NCBI GenBank assembly: GCA_029953675.1
Contig: JAMWBK010000001.1
Location: 3,162,001 to 3,226,000, forward strand
Reading direction: 5' to 3'
Source of the DNA: Rhodosorus marinus CCMP1338
Taxonomy: Eukaryota > Plantae > Rhodophyta
DNA length: 64,000 bases
Shown here: piece after piece, positions 11,289 to 24,142 of the stretch
Numbering within the stretch: position 1 is the stretch's first letter
How the letters are laid out: every line of letters begins with the position of its first letter
Notes under the pieces: generated by a model
Told to the model about the DNA's origin: nothing
Database searches by the model: none
Seen by the model: the letters and a program-made list of their open reading frames with translations, nothing else
Position numbers and translations under genes: made by a program

Positions 11289-12407
11289 CTATGCACTTTT
11301 TCTCGGAATTTTCAGTGAGAAGTCTACCACGGGTGCTCCTTGCATGATGCTCAGCGATAGGATATCCACGCCAGACACGCAGTAGTCCGCCAGAGATGCT
11401 TCTGAAAGACCCCCGCTTGCTTCAATGAAGAAATTGTGGCCCCCGGCCCATTTTCTCAGTTCCTGAGCGGCTCCCTGAAGAGCTTTCGGTTTAAAATTGT
11501 CCAGCATCACGACGTCCGCACCTGCCTCAACTGCCTACAACGAATAAAAACTGGCTCTGGTTCGACCTCGTGGATGCGAATTTTGCGGGGTGGGAGGCAA
11601 TACGTACCTCCTTAGCATCCTCGACAGACGAGCACTCAACCTCAATCTTCGCCGAAAAGCCCGCCACTATCTTTGCTTTTTCCACTGCTTTACGTATACT
11701 GCCACTTGAAGCGATATGGTTGTCCTACGCGTACAGGACGACAACGGAGTCTATGTCAGCTGAAAAGGTCGGAAGAACCTATTCACCTGGGAATTATGAA
11801 CCGCACCTTCAGCATTACCATGGAGGAAAGATCCATTCGGTGGGTGTCGGCGTTTCCAGCAAGCAAACCGTATTTTTCAACAAGTCGGAAGCCAGGTGTC
11901 GTCTTTCTAGTTCCCGCGATAATTCCTTTCCAGCCTGTTTGCTTTGCGATGTTCACGAGCCCAGAACTGCGCGTCGCGATACCGGAGCATCTCGATAAGA
12001 CGTTCAGGGCCAACCTCTCTCCTAGAAGGATCTTCCGAACTGGGCCTTTGACATCAGCCAGCGCGATGGGGAATGGTCCATCCAGAGCCTCGCCGTCACT
12101 CGCACTGGTACGCCACTCAACTTCGCAGTTCAGCTCATCGAACACAGCCTGAAAGAAGGGCTTTCCAGCAAGTATACCCTAAGCAATATGAAAGTTTGTC
12201 GGTCATTTTTTCCGAGATCAACTAGATTCAAGTCTACAAGCGGTCTAGAGAACCCCAAACCTTCGACTTTGAATACAAAACCGCTGTCTCTATTCCATCG
12301 CCAACAACAGCTCCTCCAAAATCAAAGCTCGGCACGTCCTCCTTCAGCCATCTCCTCACTAGCTCTGAAAGAGCAGTAGGCTCCAGCAGGCCTTCAAGCT
12401 CTGCCAT
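11289..12407 (-). CDS. QPRT: Quinolinate phosphoribosyltransferase (nicotinate-nucleotide pyrophosphorylase), 4 exons
   Basis: Spliced translation reads [10 protein letters not shown]...[13 protein letters not shown] / GILAGKPFF...[19 protein letters not shown]...[16 protein letters not shown]...[12 protein letters not shown] / DNHI...KIEVEC / [11 protein letters not shown]...IEASGG...VDFSLKI. Junctions are GT-AG. Confidence 0.97.
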
Positions 12408-13041
12408 TTATGCACCAGCTACTTGCTGTGATCTAAATTACAGGAGTCAACCACGGTGTAGCTCAATCCCACCAGCCCAAAGTTTGTCAACCGCCGGGCC
12501 GATCTTCTATCAGCGCGATATCCGTTTCACAGTTCTCGGGCCCAATAGAAGGGCCATTCTCAGTAGAGGTGGGAAGGAGCAACGTGACCATTTAGTTAAC
12601 AGCAAACGCCTTTAGGACGAACAGATCAGCTCTCGAACGGCACTTTTCGTGGGCGAAATCTGTTCCTGAGCACTGGGAAGGCTCCACGCTTAGTACCTCC
12701 GGGCCCTCTGGTCTGAATGGAGCTTCGATGAGGCAACCATGGTAATGAAGTGACTGTGTGATGTTGTGGGAAAGACATGAAGACTGATTCCCCGAGGCGG
12801 ATTGGCTCGAAAGCGGTTCGCTCATCGATCGAGCTAGCCGACTACTCAGTCCACCAGAAAACCGCAGTTAAGAAGAAGACGGCATGATTTTTATCCATGG
12901 ATGTTCAGCCGTTGGGCTGGATCTCTAAAAGTTTCGTTAGTATCCACTTCTGCATCCAGAATGATTATATACAGATACCTGAACATGGAAAACACAAAAT
13001 TGGGGGGGAGGGGGGGAGACGGCTCTCCGTGGCCAGGGTGA

Positions 13042-13730
13042 CTAGACCTGCGAAGTCACTGAACTAAGTTCTACAGGAACTCCGCTTAATGGAATTTCTC
13101 TTAGCTCGAGTCTTAGGCAGAGGAACTCAGATAAGAGTGTCGCAGCCCCCATCGATGTCGCATTGACAAGCCACCAGAGGAACCGAGCGGGGAATCCATA
13201 GTAAAACCAGCATAGCACTTCACGAGGAACCGCATGGCAAAAGAGTGAGGTAGAAGAATCGGGCATCAGGGAAAGAGGAACGATGGTGTCTATCACACAG
13301 TGAGAACTTACAGAAATGAATTAGAAACAAAGTTCCTACGAAGTCTAAGCACTTCTTCGCTCGTCCGATGATATAGACGAGTCCAAAAGTAACGAATACG
13401 ATTGTCGATACGAACATGCCCAAGCAGGTAACAAATCCTGTGGTGCCGTGCAAGTTGAAGTAGTCATAACGAAACATCTGATGAACTATATTCGCGTGCG
13501 ACGCGGTCACTCGATCTGCAATCAACAAAACAAAAACCTGCAAACGGTCAACACGATTTTTCAGTCGGTCCTTCCAAAGTAACGGCCAAAGCGAGTGTCC
13601 ACAGCGATCAGAGGCAAAAGAACCAGGATCATACATATCCCGAGTAAAAGACAGTCTGCATCAACAGAATCTGAAATCCAATCAGCCACGGGTTGAAAAC
13701 CTCGCGACCATAGAATACTCCGACAGCCAT
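13042..13730 (-). CDS. SYS1: SYS1 Golgi integral membrane protein, 3 exons
   Basis: MAVGVFYGREVFNPWLIGFQILLMQ / ...IIGRAKKCLDFVGTLFLIH / ...FPARFLWWLVN...LLSEFLCLRLELREIPL are SYS1 family motifs. Confidence 0.93.
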
Positions 13731-15556
13731 CCCTCAGCACATCAGCTCGTAAAGTTCGGTCTTTCCTTCTCGTGAAATCAGTACAGTTTCATAGGATCCA
13801 CGAGTTAATCAGCCAGAGTACGTTCTCCGTCAAAACTCCCTCCCATGACTCCCTCTTGTCCGCGACAGACCCCGAACGTTAAAGCTTATCAGTAGTTGTG
13901 TCAGTTGGCAAAGTCAACCCGGGCTCCTGCGTTCGAGCAAAGAAGAGAGAGGGGAAGAGCACAGGAGATCGCAATACGCATTGACGGGGTTGGCTGCTCA
14001 GTGTTGATTCGAGCGTTTGAGTCTTGGGAGCCGTGACTTGTACCTGGATTTGGATTAGCTAGTGAGGCACCGCCTCACATTGCACCGTACCACTGGCACA
14101 GTTTCCTTTCAGAATCGGACCCGCGTGTACATCTACGGCTAATTTCTGTGATTTTAAGGGAAGATGTGTAAATACGCCAGATGATTCCACAGGAGAGAAA
14201 AAAGTAGTACACAACAAGCTACGCTTGCTACGCTTGCTGGAAGCTGCCGTTGTAGTAGTCCCGTGATTTCTTTTCTGCTCCCGCTTCCTTCATTGGTGGG
14301 ACGAACAACAGGATAGGAGCTGGTGCTCTTTGTGGTCAAACCTTCTCTTTGAGCCTGTGCAGCTCCTTCCTAAGACCCTGCCTGTCCTCGGTGCACATCG
14401 GTACGCCGTCTGGCGCGGTGCTGCAGCGTCCGAGGTGCTGTGATTCGTATATGGGCTCCTTGCTGTCCGTTATTCGCAGATGGTAGACCATCTTCGAATA
14501 TTGCATGAAATACCTTCAGGTCTTGTTCACAAAACTCCAGCGATGCGCTTCATCGTTCATAGGACTCCTCTCCCAGCTGTCTGCTATGGTTTCAGTGACT
14601 GAAACCGCGTACTGAACCCGCTGGTAGATTAGGGTGAACGACTACTTTGGTGACGAAGCCAGCTGGGGAGGAGCGAATTGGTGCTCCCCGTCAGACCTTG
14701 GCTGGGGAGGGACAACACTAGCCCGTTGACTGGACCTGCGCCAAGAAGGTTTCAATGTCTAATTGGAGTAACACTTTGTAAAAAGTACTAATATTCTATG
14801 CGGTTGGTACCAATTGACTACAGAGAACTTTCCACGCCAATAACTTCATTGGTTGTAACTAGCCGCAGATACTATTATTTTTTTGGGCAACCCGAAACTG
14901 CGGATCAATTAGCTGTTTTTCTTGGGCCGATGGGACACGTGCTAAACTTTCATTGATGAACAAGCGGAGGTGTGCTAGTCGATATCCAAAAGAAGACGAC
15001 CTGTTGGACAAAAACTTATCGAATGTTTATTTTTTTTGCATTGATCAGTAAACATTAGCTCTTCCTGGTTTCGACCAGTTGGGGGAGTCCGTGGACGAGG
15101 GACAAGATCCTATCCAGATTTACCCCACTTTGAAGAAACTATATGGCAATAGCGTCGACAGATTCTGGATAGTAAGCCTTCACCTTCGTCGAAAAAATCC
15201 TCCGTTCTGAATATTTTAGAATCTGCAAGCTTTGGTGTGCTCGACTGCTTTCCCCGTCGCTCGCCCTGATGAGGAAAGACAACCCCAGAGCTTCGGAGTG
15301 AGGGTTGGGATAGCACAGGCCTAGTACGCTTTCAACCTCGTTGTTCGGATCAGGAGGCTAGAATCTTTACGCTGACTATGAGTAGCTTCTGTTGAGGAGG
15401 AAACTGGACCCTTGTTGGATTCTTCAAGGCATTGCTGAGAGCCGGATAGGCCATTAGAGTGGTTTCTGGACGAGCCGAGGTTCCGAGATTAGGGGCAAGT
15501 AGGAGGTTTGGTGCAGGAAGCTAACGGAGTTCCATCGTATTGAAAGTCTAGCGGCC

Positions 15557-16585
15557 ATGGCGTTCGTTGCTAGTGGAGGTGTGGTCAGTAGGAGAGGAGT
15601 GCGTGCCGTGAATATCCGTCGGAAAGCAGGCAAAGTAGATGGAGAGAAGGTGAACGTGGGGAAGACGCCAGTGGAGGACGGGAGCTCTATTGGGGATGGA
15701 CGGGATGGGTCCGTAGATTTCAACGCCCTCAGAGCGAAGATTGAACAGCGAGTGAAAGATGAGGGCGTTCCTCTCGATATCTTGATGAACCCTGCGAAGG
15801 TCCGTACTTTGTTGGGTACGATTTGGGTGATTGCAAGTGATCATGGACCCCTGAACGGACTGTTGTTTTGTTCTCTAGGTCCTTGATTTGGAGGCCAGGC
15901 TCGAGCTTGAAGCAGATTCGATTACGCAGGAGGAGAAAGAAAAGCTCCAAGCTACCCTCATTAAAGAGAAGCGGATGGTCATGCAGGATTGGCTGAGGAA
16001 CGTCTTCCTGGTCCAGGGGTGGGGCTCTGCCGCGATTGGCGGAGTCATGGCAAGTGGACACGTACCTTTCGTACCAGACGTTCCACTCGGTGCACGTACG
16101 TATAACTTCAACCCGCTGAGGGCCAATAGAGTACGGGCTGGGGTCCGCTCAAACCGCAGAACGAAGATGCTAACATATGCTACTTGCTGCGCTGTTTTCT
16201 CCTACACCAGGTGTGCTAGGATTCTGGCTTATATGGCTCTTCACTATTCCGGCGCTTCGAGCGAGAAAACCTGCAAAATGGGAAAAATCTGCCCTAAACT
16301 TTGCGTTCTTTGGAATCATTCTAGCCAACGTCATTACGCCGTTCTTCTCCAAAGAACCATTGATGCTTTGGACCATAGATATGGTAATCATGGGTCTCTG
16401 CTATGGATACTCCTATAATGCATCATCCAACGACGAAGGTGGGATTGCTTCGCCAAAGATCAAAGGTGCCCTCAGGTGAGTTGACGGAAAGACGTAGAAC
16501 ACCAGAAAATCTGTTTCGACTCATGCAACTAGCGCTGCGATATTCTTCCATTCGAAGGTGGTTGGACTGGGGCTCGTGGAAATAA
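15557..16585 (+). CDS. RPH1: Plastid membrane protein homologous to Arabidopsis RESISTANCE TO PHYTOPHTHORA 1, 4 exons
   Basis: VFLVQGWGSAAIGGVMA and GFWLIWLFTIPALRARKPAKWEKSALNFAF match RPH1 as I recall it (VFEVQGY...GG; GMWSIWMFTIPSLRAR...EKEALNY). The N-terminus MAFVASGG is transit-peptide-like, and the last exon reads WLDWGSWK*. Confidence 0.85.
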
Positions 16586-17659
16586 TTCTGTCTCGGTGAG
16601 GGACCAAGCACGCAGTTCGTTGCCTTTTCATCGTCGATGTTCATGATATGCTAATCCCAGGCGAATTCTAAAATATGAAGAGCGCTTTTCAACCCGTCGA
16701 AGGTTTCCATGTTTTGGCGGCTTGTCGAAATCCATGCGCCAGGCACTTTTGCGCTATGGGGACAGACCAAGAACATCTCCATCGGCTTCCGAGTTTAGCA
16801 GACATAGCAGTCCCCTTTCCAGCTGGCAGACTCACTAATTCCAGCACCACTGGGCGAGTTTGGATCGATTCAGGTTCTTCGACTAATAGATGAACAAATT
16901 CCTCGCTGAAAGTGCTCTCCCAGCAATACTTGGATTCGCAACCCTATGCTAGAGGGGCGCTGTGGGTAGTCCAACGCCTTCGCTGCCATTCGCACGATCC
17001 TCCGCAAGTGCGTGTACATCTAATTGCGGAATGTCTAAGTGTTAACCAAGTCTTCCAGTGGATGAATTCTGAAGGATCGCTGTGGTAGATATACGCTTGC
17101 TGTGCACCCCAATCCCGAACAGTGTGTTCGCCCCGTTCTCTCCGAATCCAGGCGTCCCGTATAAGACGAGTAGATCGATTTGCATCAACTCCTTCATATC
17201 AAAGACATTGTTCCTTCGCAGGATCAAAGTTTTGGCACTCTCATTGCAGTGCATGGAGCTCGACTGAAACGACCCAAAGTTGAGCTGCCCAATGCAAACC
17301 CAGCACTTTGGAACCCGACCGCAAGCCAAGTGCTGAAAACTTCAGGGAGCAAAGCTTGAGTGAAAAAATATGACAGCTCCAAAACATGGGACTCAAAAGA
17401 CTGACTCTGCTTGGAGTAACAGACAGCTATTTCCATATCCCAAGTATGATTTCTCCCACATTAGGTCGCGGACACGGTTCGAGATGTGTTGCATCCTATG
17501 ACTCACCCACTGCGAGAGGTAATCCGAGGCTTGGTCATAGTGTGCTGTCGCACAGGATTTGGCGAAGGCTTTGTACAGGGCTGCGAGAGTCTGCGAGTGC
17601 AGGAAATGGATGACCGTTGCAGTGCGTTTAGTTTTTTTTTGAAGGAGGTTTCTTGAAGA

Positions 17660-18436
17660 ATGAGTTCTCTGTTCGGAAGGTTGAGATCACTGAGATCGCT
17701 CCCGTGGAAGAGGATTGGAAGATCTAGTTCTTCGACACCGGTAGCTGAGGCGGCATCGGATACGAAGATCCCAACTGCACCAGCCCTTCTGGGTTTTGCA
17801 GGACTGATCCCGTTTGCTGCCGGTGCGTTTGGCTCGTATCATGACCGGTACAGATACGTCGCCGTGGACATGGAGCGTGCTTATGGTGCGGTCATTCTAA
17901 CGTTCCTTGGGGCAGTACACTGGGGCTTGGCGATACGTGTGAAAGGTAACTGTGGTGTTGGTTAAGTGCTTGTGCTTGGTCCCTTCTCTCCCTGCCAGGT
18001 TGGCCGGAACGCTGAGATTGTCCTGCCTCGTTTTTCGACTTCTGTCTCCCCAGGCAAAATGGCACTGCCAATGTATTTATTTTCGGTCGCACCCTCTATG
18101 CTAGGATGGTTGTCGACCCAGCTGCCAATTCTCTCAGCGTACCCTGTTCTCGTTGTGGCCTTCTCTGCCGTGCACTTCATGGAGGCACGAATCTTCCCGC
18201 GTCTACAAATCCCTCGTTGGTATTCCAAACTAAGACTCCGCCTCAACGTGCTAGCTGTAATCGCACTGATGGTCACGTTTTCTTTCTCAAAGAACGATCC
18301 TAAGCTTCTCGAAGAGTTGAAGAGCGAGAAGGATAATCCTACGACCCTCATGCAGCTGCTCACAGGGAATCGGAAGGAACCCCGCGATCCAAACTCAACC
18401 CCAGAGGGAACTCCTGCTCCCCAACCCAGTGACTAA
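17660..18436 (+). CDS. TMEM69: DUF3429 / TMEM69 family membrane protein, 2 exons
   Basis: LLGFAGLIPF...AYGAVILTFLGAVHWGLA is the DUF3429 signature. The second exon has further TM helices and WY..LR..L. Confidence 0.85.
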
Positions 18437-18624
18437 TCCCTCGCCGGTTTTCTTTTGTAGCCAAGCTCTAACAAGGACGTAGGTACTAACGAAAGAGGGC
18501 CCTCTTTCATGTTTTGTTCATGCGCCGAACGGAAGGCATATAATGAACCGAACATAAATCCACACTCCCACAGTTCCTCCACTTGCCCTCTCGAGACTAA
18601 CGTTTATCTGCCCTTTTTATTCCA

Positions 18625-19617
18625 TCATGAAACTTTGCAGTAAGCCCAATAGCTATCATCCTCAGGCGTTGGTTCAGATACCTTCACTAGGATAGAGTTG
18701 TCTAATCCACGATCAATATCACCTTGCTTGACACATGCAAAGTAAATCTGTTCCGACCCAGGCGCCCGACACAAAAAGTTTGCTCTCGTTGTCATACCAG
18801 CGTGACCCCAATAGCTGTAGGCCTCGTTGACATCCTTCTCCGGGTTGATCTCACGCACGAGAACACTCTCATCATTGGGTGAGCTCTCGAATTCCCAGAA
18901 CCAGTCCATTACCACGTTTTCATACATATTGAACTGAACCTGGTCACCCACGAAGCAGTTCATTTCGAAGTGTCTCTGGCCCTCAAGGACTTCCCTAGGA
19001 ACAACGTGAACGCTGCGCGGGGTCTGAAATTGATCTGCAAGCTCCTCCTGTAGTCTCCTCCTGTTGGCCAAAACATCCGCAACGAAGTCTTGGGACATTC
19101 TAACATCGTATGGCACTTCGCCAGAGTCTGCGATCGTGAGGGCCAGTTGGTATGCAGATCGCACCAGAATAAGAGGGCTGACGAACCCTTGGTCCAAGAT
19201 TCGATTGTAGACCCTTGCTAGCCCGTCTTCCCTGCCGTACCTAACCAGAGTCCCATTGAGTTGAACGAGGACGTATCCTTGCATAAGGTCGAGCAGTAGC
19301 CTGATCTGGTCTCCATCTTTGGCCACTATTCGCGTGTACCGGATAGTATCAGGGTTCTCCATTATGTCTCTGATGACGACAGGTGATTTACTGGTCTCTG
19401 CGGCTCCGATTTCAATGTCGGCAACCCCGTAAGCCGTCACCCGGAACGAAAACGCGTGAATTCCTCCCTGCAATGCCCGATTTCCTAAAAAAACAGCTGG
19501 AGCGCTGCCCACCTTCTGCAGCAACCCTTCCTCGTTCCATATCCATCCGTTCCCCTCGGGTTTCGCAAGCAAAAACTGTTCCGCAGGCTCCAGCTTGGTT
19601 ATCGGAATCTCGCTCAT
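18625..19617 (-). CDS. SPRY/B30.2-like domain protein with C-terminal chagasin (I42)-like beta-sandwich
   Basis: Intronless 330-aa ORF. GNRALQGGIHAFSFRV..IEIG..DGDQIRLLLDL..GYVLVQLNG is SPRY-like. The C-terminal VGDQVQFNMYEN...W...GHAGMTTRANFLCRAPGSEQIYFAC is I42-like. Confidence 0.6.
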   Translation of the reverse strand: MSEIPITKLEPAEQFLLAKPEGNGWIWNEEGLLQKVGSAPAVFLGNRALQGGIHAFSFRVTAYGVADIEIGAAETSKSPVVIRDIMENPDTIRYTRIVAKDGDQIRLLLDLMQGYVLVQLNGTLVRYGREDGLARVYNRILDQGFVSPLILVRSAYQLALTIADSGEVPYDVRMSQDFVADVLANRRRLQEELADQFQTPRSVHVVPREVLEGQRHFEMNCFVGDQVQFNMYENVVMDWFWEFESSPNDESVLVREINPEKDVNEAYSYWGHAGMTTRANFLCRAPGSEQIYFACVKQGDIDRGLDNSILVKVSEPTPEDDSYWAYCKVS

Positions 19618-20919
19618 CGCATCTCAGCCAGTCAGATCAAAAGCCCTCTCAAGATCATCTCACAGTGATACACTGTCCTTCAACTCTTAACTTGAATCCA
19701 TAGCTTCCGCTTGCCCCCCGGTACATCCTCAGCTTGACAGCACTAAGCGTCCTGCTCCGATCCGCGCCAAAAGATACTGCTCACCTCCACTGACATCCTC
19801 ACGGCCAAACAATTCCAGTTCAAGTAGAAAGCCAAAATTAAACTCAGGCTGTTATCAGTCAAAATTTGATCGATATAGACTGACTCCAATCATCAGTCAG
19901 TAGCGTGCCATGTAGTGACTGATCTTCAGGATTTCAAAGACTCTGATTGCTTACTACTCTCGAGGGGTGAAACATGCAAACGCAGGAAGGAAGATTGCAT
20001 GTTACAGGGCTGGATCAGAATACCACCTGGGCAAAGAGTGCCCGATGAGGACCATGGTCAGATCGTACTTGCTCGGCTTAGAAATTGCCTCTGGCACAAG
20101 GGGTTCCCGGCACGGGGCAATTTTGAAGGATCCGGTAAACCCCTAAGCAGGTAAAGGCTTTGTTTTGCGCCGCGGTTCAGATCAAAGACAATTGAAAGCA
20201 GGAGGCGGAACCGAAGGCGTCCTCGCCTCCTCGTTCGATGTCGTCTATCATCAACTGAAACAAGTCATCGCGAATGGCAGCTCTGAGCCGCGACCGATGG
20301 CGCGTGGAAAGCCGATCAGATGCCTCCAGTGTAGCTAGAGCTCATACATCACGTCATAAGCAACTGTGCTTATCAGTAGAGAAGAAAAGCGAAGGGACGG
20401 ACGAAAACGCCCTGGCGGTCAGGACAAGGATGGCAACGGCTGTCAAAACGAGAACGGGAATGCCGTCAAACGCCTATGGTGGGGATTCTTGCAGACCAAC
20501 AAAACTTCGCGTCCTGATAGTACTTGTTCGTTGCGGGCTTTACACCCCAAGATGCAAGCTCTTCAAACTCAATTGTACAGCCGTTGAGGAGCGGGCGAGA
20601 AGATGCGCTCACGGTTTTCGACCGCCACGTCAACACCGACAACACGGAGAGCGATGGTTTTTCATTGGCTGTGCTACCAACTACTGAGCTTGGGGCGCCG
20701 CTAGAATTGTGTGAGGACTTATTTGCATAGGAGCTCTCCACCAGTATAGTCTCAGAAACAAAAATCGAGTGCAGACCCGGGCTACCGTGGGAAGGGAAAG
20801 GGGAGCATGCGCACCCCGGGCTCAGAATAGATCCTTCTGTGTGGAGTCGGTGGGGCATTGAAATAGTTCAGCTCGAAGCCCTTGTGGATTACTATTGGAA
20901 GTTTCGTGTCAGTTCGCCT

Positions 20920-21566
20920 TTATTCCAAAACCCAGGAAGCATCAGCCTTGTCCCAGGAGATGATGCCCTCTGGGAACCAAAGTCCGATCTCATGGTTCGC
21001 GGAGTCCACAGAGTCGCTTCCGTGGCAGACATTGCGTCCAACCTGTAGAAAACATAGTAGACGATGCATTTGTCAGATGGTCCTTCGGCAGAATACTCAA
21101 GGACACACACGAGAATCTCTTCCCGAGAAAAAGGATCAACAATGGCTCTTACGTCGACGCAAAAGTCTCCCCGGATGGTTCCCATGGCGGAATCGGCCGG
21201 CTTAGTCGCTCCAAGCATCTTGCGGCCCTCCAAGACGACATTCCTTCCTTCCCATACCATGCAGCAGACCGGCCCTGAGTTCATGTAGGTGATCAGGCCA
21301 GGGAAGAAGCTCCTTTCGGAGAGATCAGCATAGTGCTGCTTCAACATCTCTTCGCCGGGCATGGCCAATTTCATGGCAACAAGTTTGTAGCCTTTCTGCT
21401 CGAAACGCTTAATAACCTCACCTGAAAAAGCACGGAATGGATCTTTCAATGACCAGTGCATCCCCGGACATCCCCAAACCGATAAAAGGGTTCCTTACTT
21501 ACCGACCAATCCACGTTGGACGCCGTCAGGCTTAACCATAATATATGTCCTCTCAGCTGGATCCAT
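20920..21566 (-). CDS. NDK1: Nucleoside diphosphate kinase (151 aa, 3 exons: 21566-21503, 21421-21153, 21042-20920)
   Basis: [22 protein letters not shown] / [10 protein letters not shown]...[10 protein letters not shown] / [11 protein letters not shown]...WVLE*. Introns of 81 and 110 nt are GT-AG. Confidence 0.98.
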
Positions 21567-22570
21567 TTTTCCTTCCTCGATTTCTGCTTCTGAACTACAC
21601 GAATCTAATCAACAGATCCCTTGTTCAACACCGCTCACTACGCCTCGGACTCCCGCTGCAAGTGCAGCTCGCTCGCTTTTACGCCCTGATCGATCGGCAA
21701 CTGAATAAGCTTTTCAGCTTGCGAAAAACAATCGCCGTGGAGATGACACTTTAAGACTCCAGTGCCTACTCGCAAATAGAAAACAGATCAAATTAATAAT
21801 ATTTTAAAATATTTCAACCGAGTTTCTCGCGATACAGACATGTAACTGTCACATCTCTTTCTGTGGTGTGGCTCTGGTGGTGGCTGGGAGTCGCCGGGGT
21901 GGTGACTTCTACGCAATACACTGTCCTGCTTGCCAAACTACAATATTAAAAATAATTTAAATTGTCGCCGATTCGTTTGATCGTACGCTTTGATTGTGCG
22001 TGAATAACTGTCACCATTTCATCTTCAGCGGCCAAAAATGACCGGAATCTTCGCGATCCAGCATATTCTAACAAAATATTATATCACTCCCAACGTTCCT
22101 TCCGGATTCCATAATCTAGAGAAGTCACCGTTGCACAAGGCCCAGGAATACCAACATTAAAGGCGACAAAACGTCGATTGTTCTTGAAATTTTGGATACA
22201 TTTGGGTTGCTCTGGTCTAAAAATAGCCACCAGCGTCTCGCCACTTGTCCCCTCTGATGAAGTTCATTCGACCGGGACCAATTCGGCCAAACGCACAAAG
22301 TCGTTGCCGACGCGTCGCGAGGTCTTCGGTCGTTAGTCTGGAGAAAAGGTGGCAGCTCAGCTCTTGTGAACCGCAACAATCTCTGATGAATCTCAGCTGA
22401 CTAGTTTGAATGGTGGTGGCCTCATCGGTCCATAGACATGTTGTTTTTTACATGGTGAAACAAACCAGCTGTGGGTTTCCTGCGTCACCTCGGCGTCTCG
22501 GTCACAGAATCCCAGCATCCGATCGTCGCATTAAGGCTTTGAGCTGAGAAGACGCTGCACCATCTAGCAT

Positions 22571-24142
22571 TCAGACAAGGTTCCAACCCCTCGGTGGCGT
22601 CACGTACTGCCTCTTGGCCTGGACGCTAGCAAACCGATTCTCAGGAAGAATTAACGCTGTCAGACGGCCTCCATATACGCAGCCTGTATCTACGCCACAT
22701 GCGTACGGATGCTGCTGCAGGCCTCTAAACGCGTCGTGCCCGAACACAACAGTCTCGGGTCCAGGCCACAACCGAGCCCACTCTTTGGTCGGGACGTGCT
22801 TCGCCGTCACTGTCCCATCCACCAACACAGACCGCATATTCATCATCAACCTAGGATTCTGCTGGGACAACCTAGTGCCAGGAATGAAACCCGCATGGAC
22901 GAAAAGTACGCCAAGGTCTGGGGCGGATATAAACCAAGGGCAGGCGCGAAGCCACTCCTGATCCTCCGGAGAAAGAGCTCTCGCAATTCTGTAGTGTTCC
23001 AGTGACACCAAAGGCGGCCGCTCTCCGCGGTTTACTGCCTCCCTCCATTTGACAACTAAGACCACCCAAACGAAATCATTCGCACGAGTAGGTCAGTAGA
23101 CGCGAGCAAAGAAAAAGCCCCCCTTCTCTCGTACTACCTCAGAATACTCACCTTCATGATCATGGTTTCCCCGGACAGATTTCGCGTTGATTTCCCTGGC
23201 GAGTTGCACTACGGATACAGAGTCTGGCCCCTTCGCGACGAGGTCGCCTAGAAAGATAACTTGGTCACCAGGTCTATAACCGACGACTCTCATGAGCTCC
23301 TGCAGTTCATCGATACATCCGTGGACGTCTCCAATGGCGATAACTCGTGGCTCCTTGTCAGCGCTCCTGCGAGAAGCACCTGCGTTCAGAAGCCTCGTAA
23401 ATCGCCCTGCTTCTTTGTCAGAGCTTGCTCTTCGGTTCGGTCTGTGAATGGTTTGATCGCTCTCAGTTCTAACTGGGCGTCGGTCGCTGTCAAAGGTGAG
23501 GACATCCCTCGATGTTCTGCGGAGCAGGCCCCATGAATGAGCCGTTTCATACCACTGTCGGAGCGTTCCGGTAACGCGCGGGTTCGAACAATTGAAGGAG
23601 TGCCTGGAGCCGGGTAGGACGTAACCAAAGTTGATCTCGAGAAACCGCTGGGGTGGGTCGGAAGACCTGCGGGGAGTGGTGAGGTTGTACATTTCTCCAA
23701 CACCTCCCGCTTCAACGTAGAATGCATACAGTGCCTCCTCCCTCTGCAGAAAGCTCGCCTGCGAGGTGGAGCCAGGTTCTACTGGGGCGGAGACCTTCGC
23801 GTTCGACCTACGTAGACTGAGCGGCAGCGAATTCTGGAGTAGGGTGTCCTTTTCGTTCTTCGTTTTTCTCCGAAAGGAGCTCACGGTCACCCTCCTCGTC
23901 AAGACCAGCGGTGGACGCTCAGAAAACGGATCATCCACTCCTCCATTCGGACCGCTGCCTCCGTTCAAGGCAACCAGTCCAGGATTATCAGCTCCGATAA
24001 CTTGCTCCAAATCAATCCCATTCTCTCCTCCTTGCTCGCTTATCCTCCCACTCTCCTCACACATACACAGAGCCGTCCTCCTCCTCCTCCGCACAGTACT
24101 ACCACCGCCCCTCCCAACATACAATCCTTGAACAAAACCCAT
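22571..24142 (-). CDS. ApaH-like phosphatase (calcineurin-like metallophosphoesterase), probably plastid-targeted, 2 exons
   Basis: Motifs IGDVHG, LGDLVAKGP, VRGNHD, VHAG, FGHD and DTGCVYGGRLTA. The long N-terminal extension starts MGFVQGLYVG. Confidence 0.9.

Noticed and set aside
14336-14640. Minus-strand frame of about 100 codons with one in-frame TGA (14516-14518), considered as a selenoprotein or pseudogene
   Set aside because: No redox motif context around the TGA, no SECIS identified, and open stretches of this length can arise by chance.
8946-24142. Apparent clustering of nucleotide/cofactor enzymes (HD, QPRT, NDK, ALPH)
   Set aside because: They belong to different pathways and compartments and are interleaved with unrelated genes. 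No shared regulatory motif was seen.
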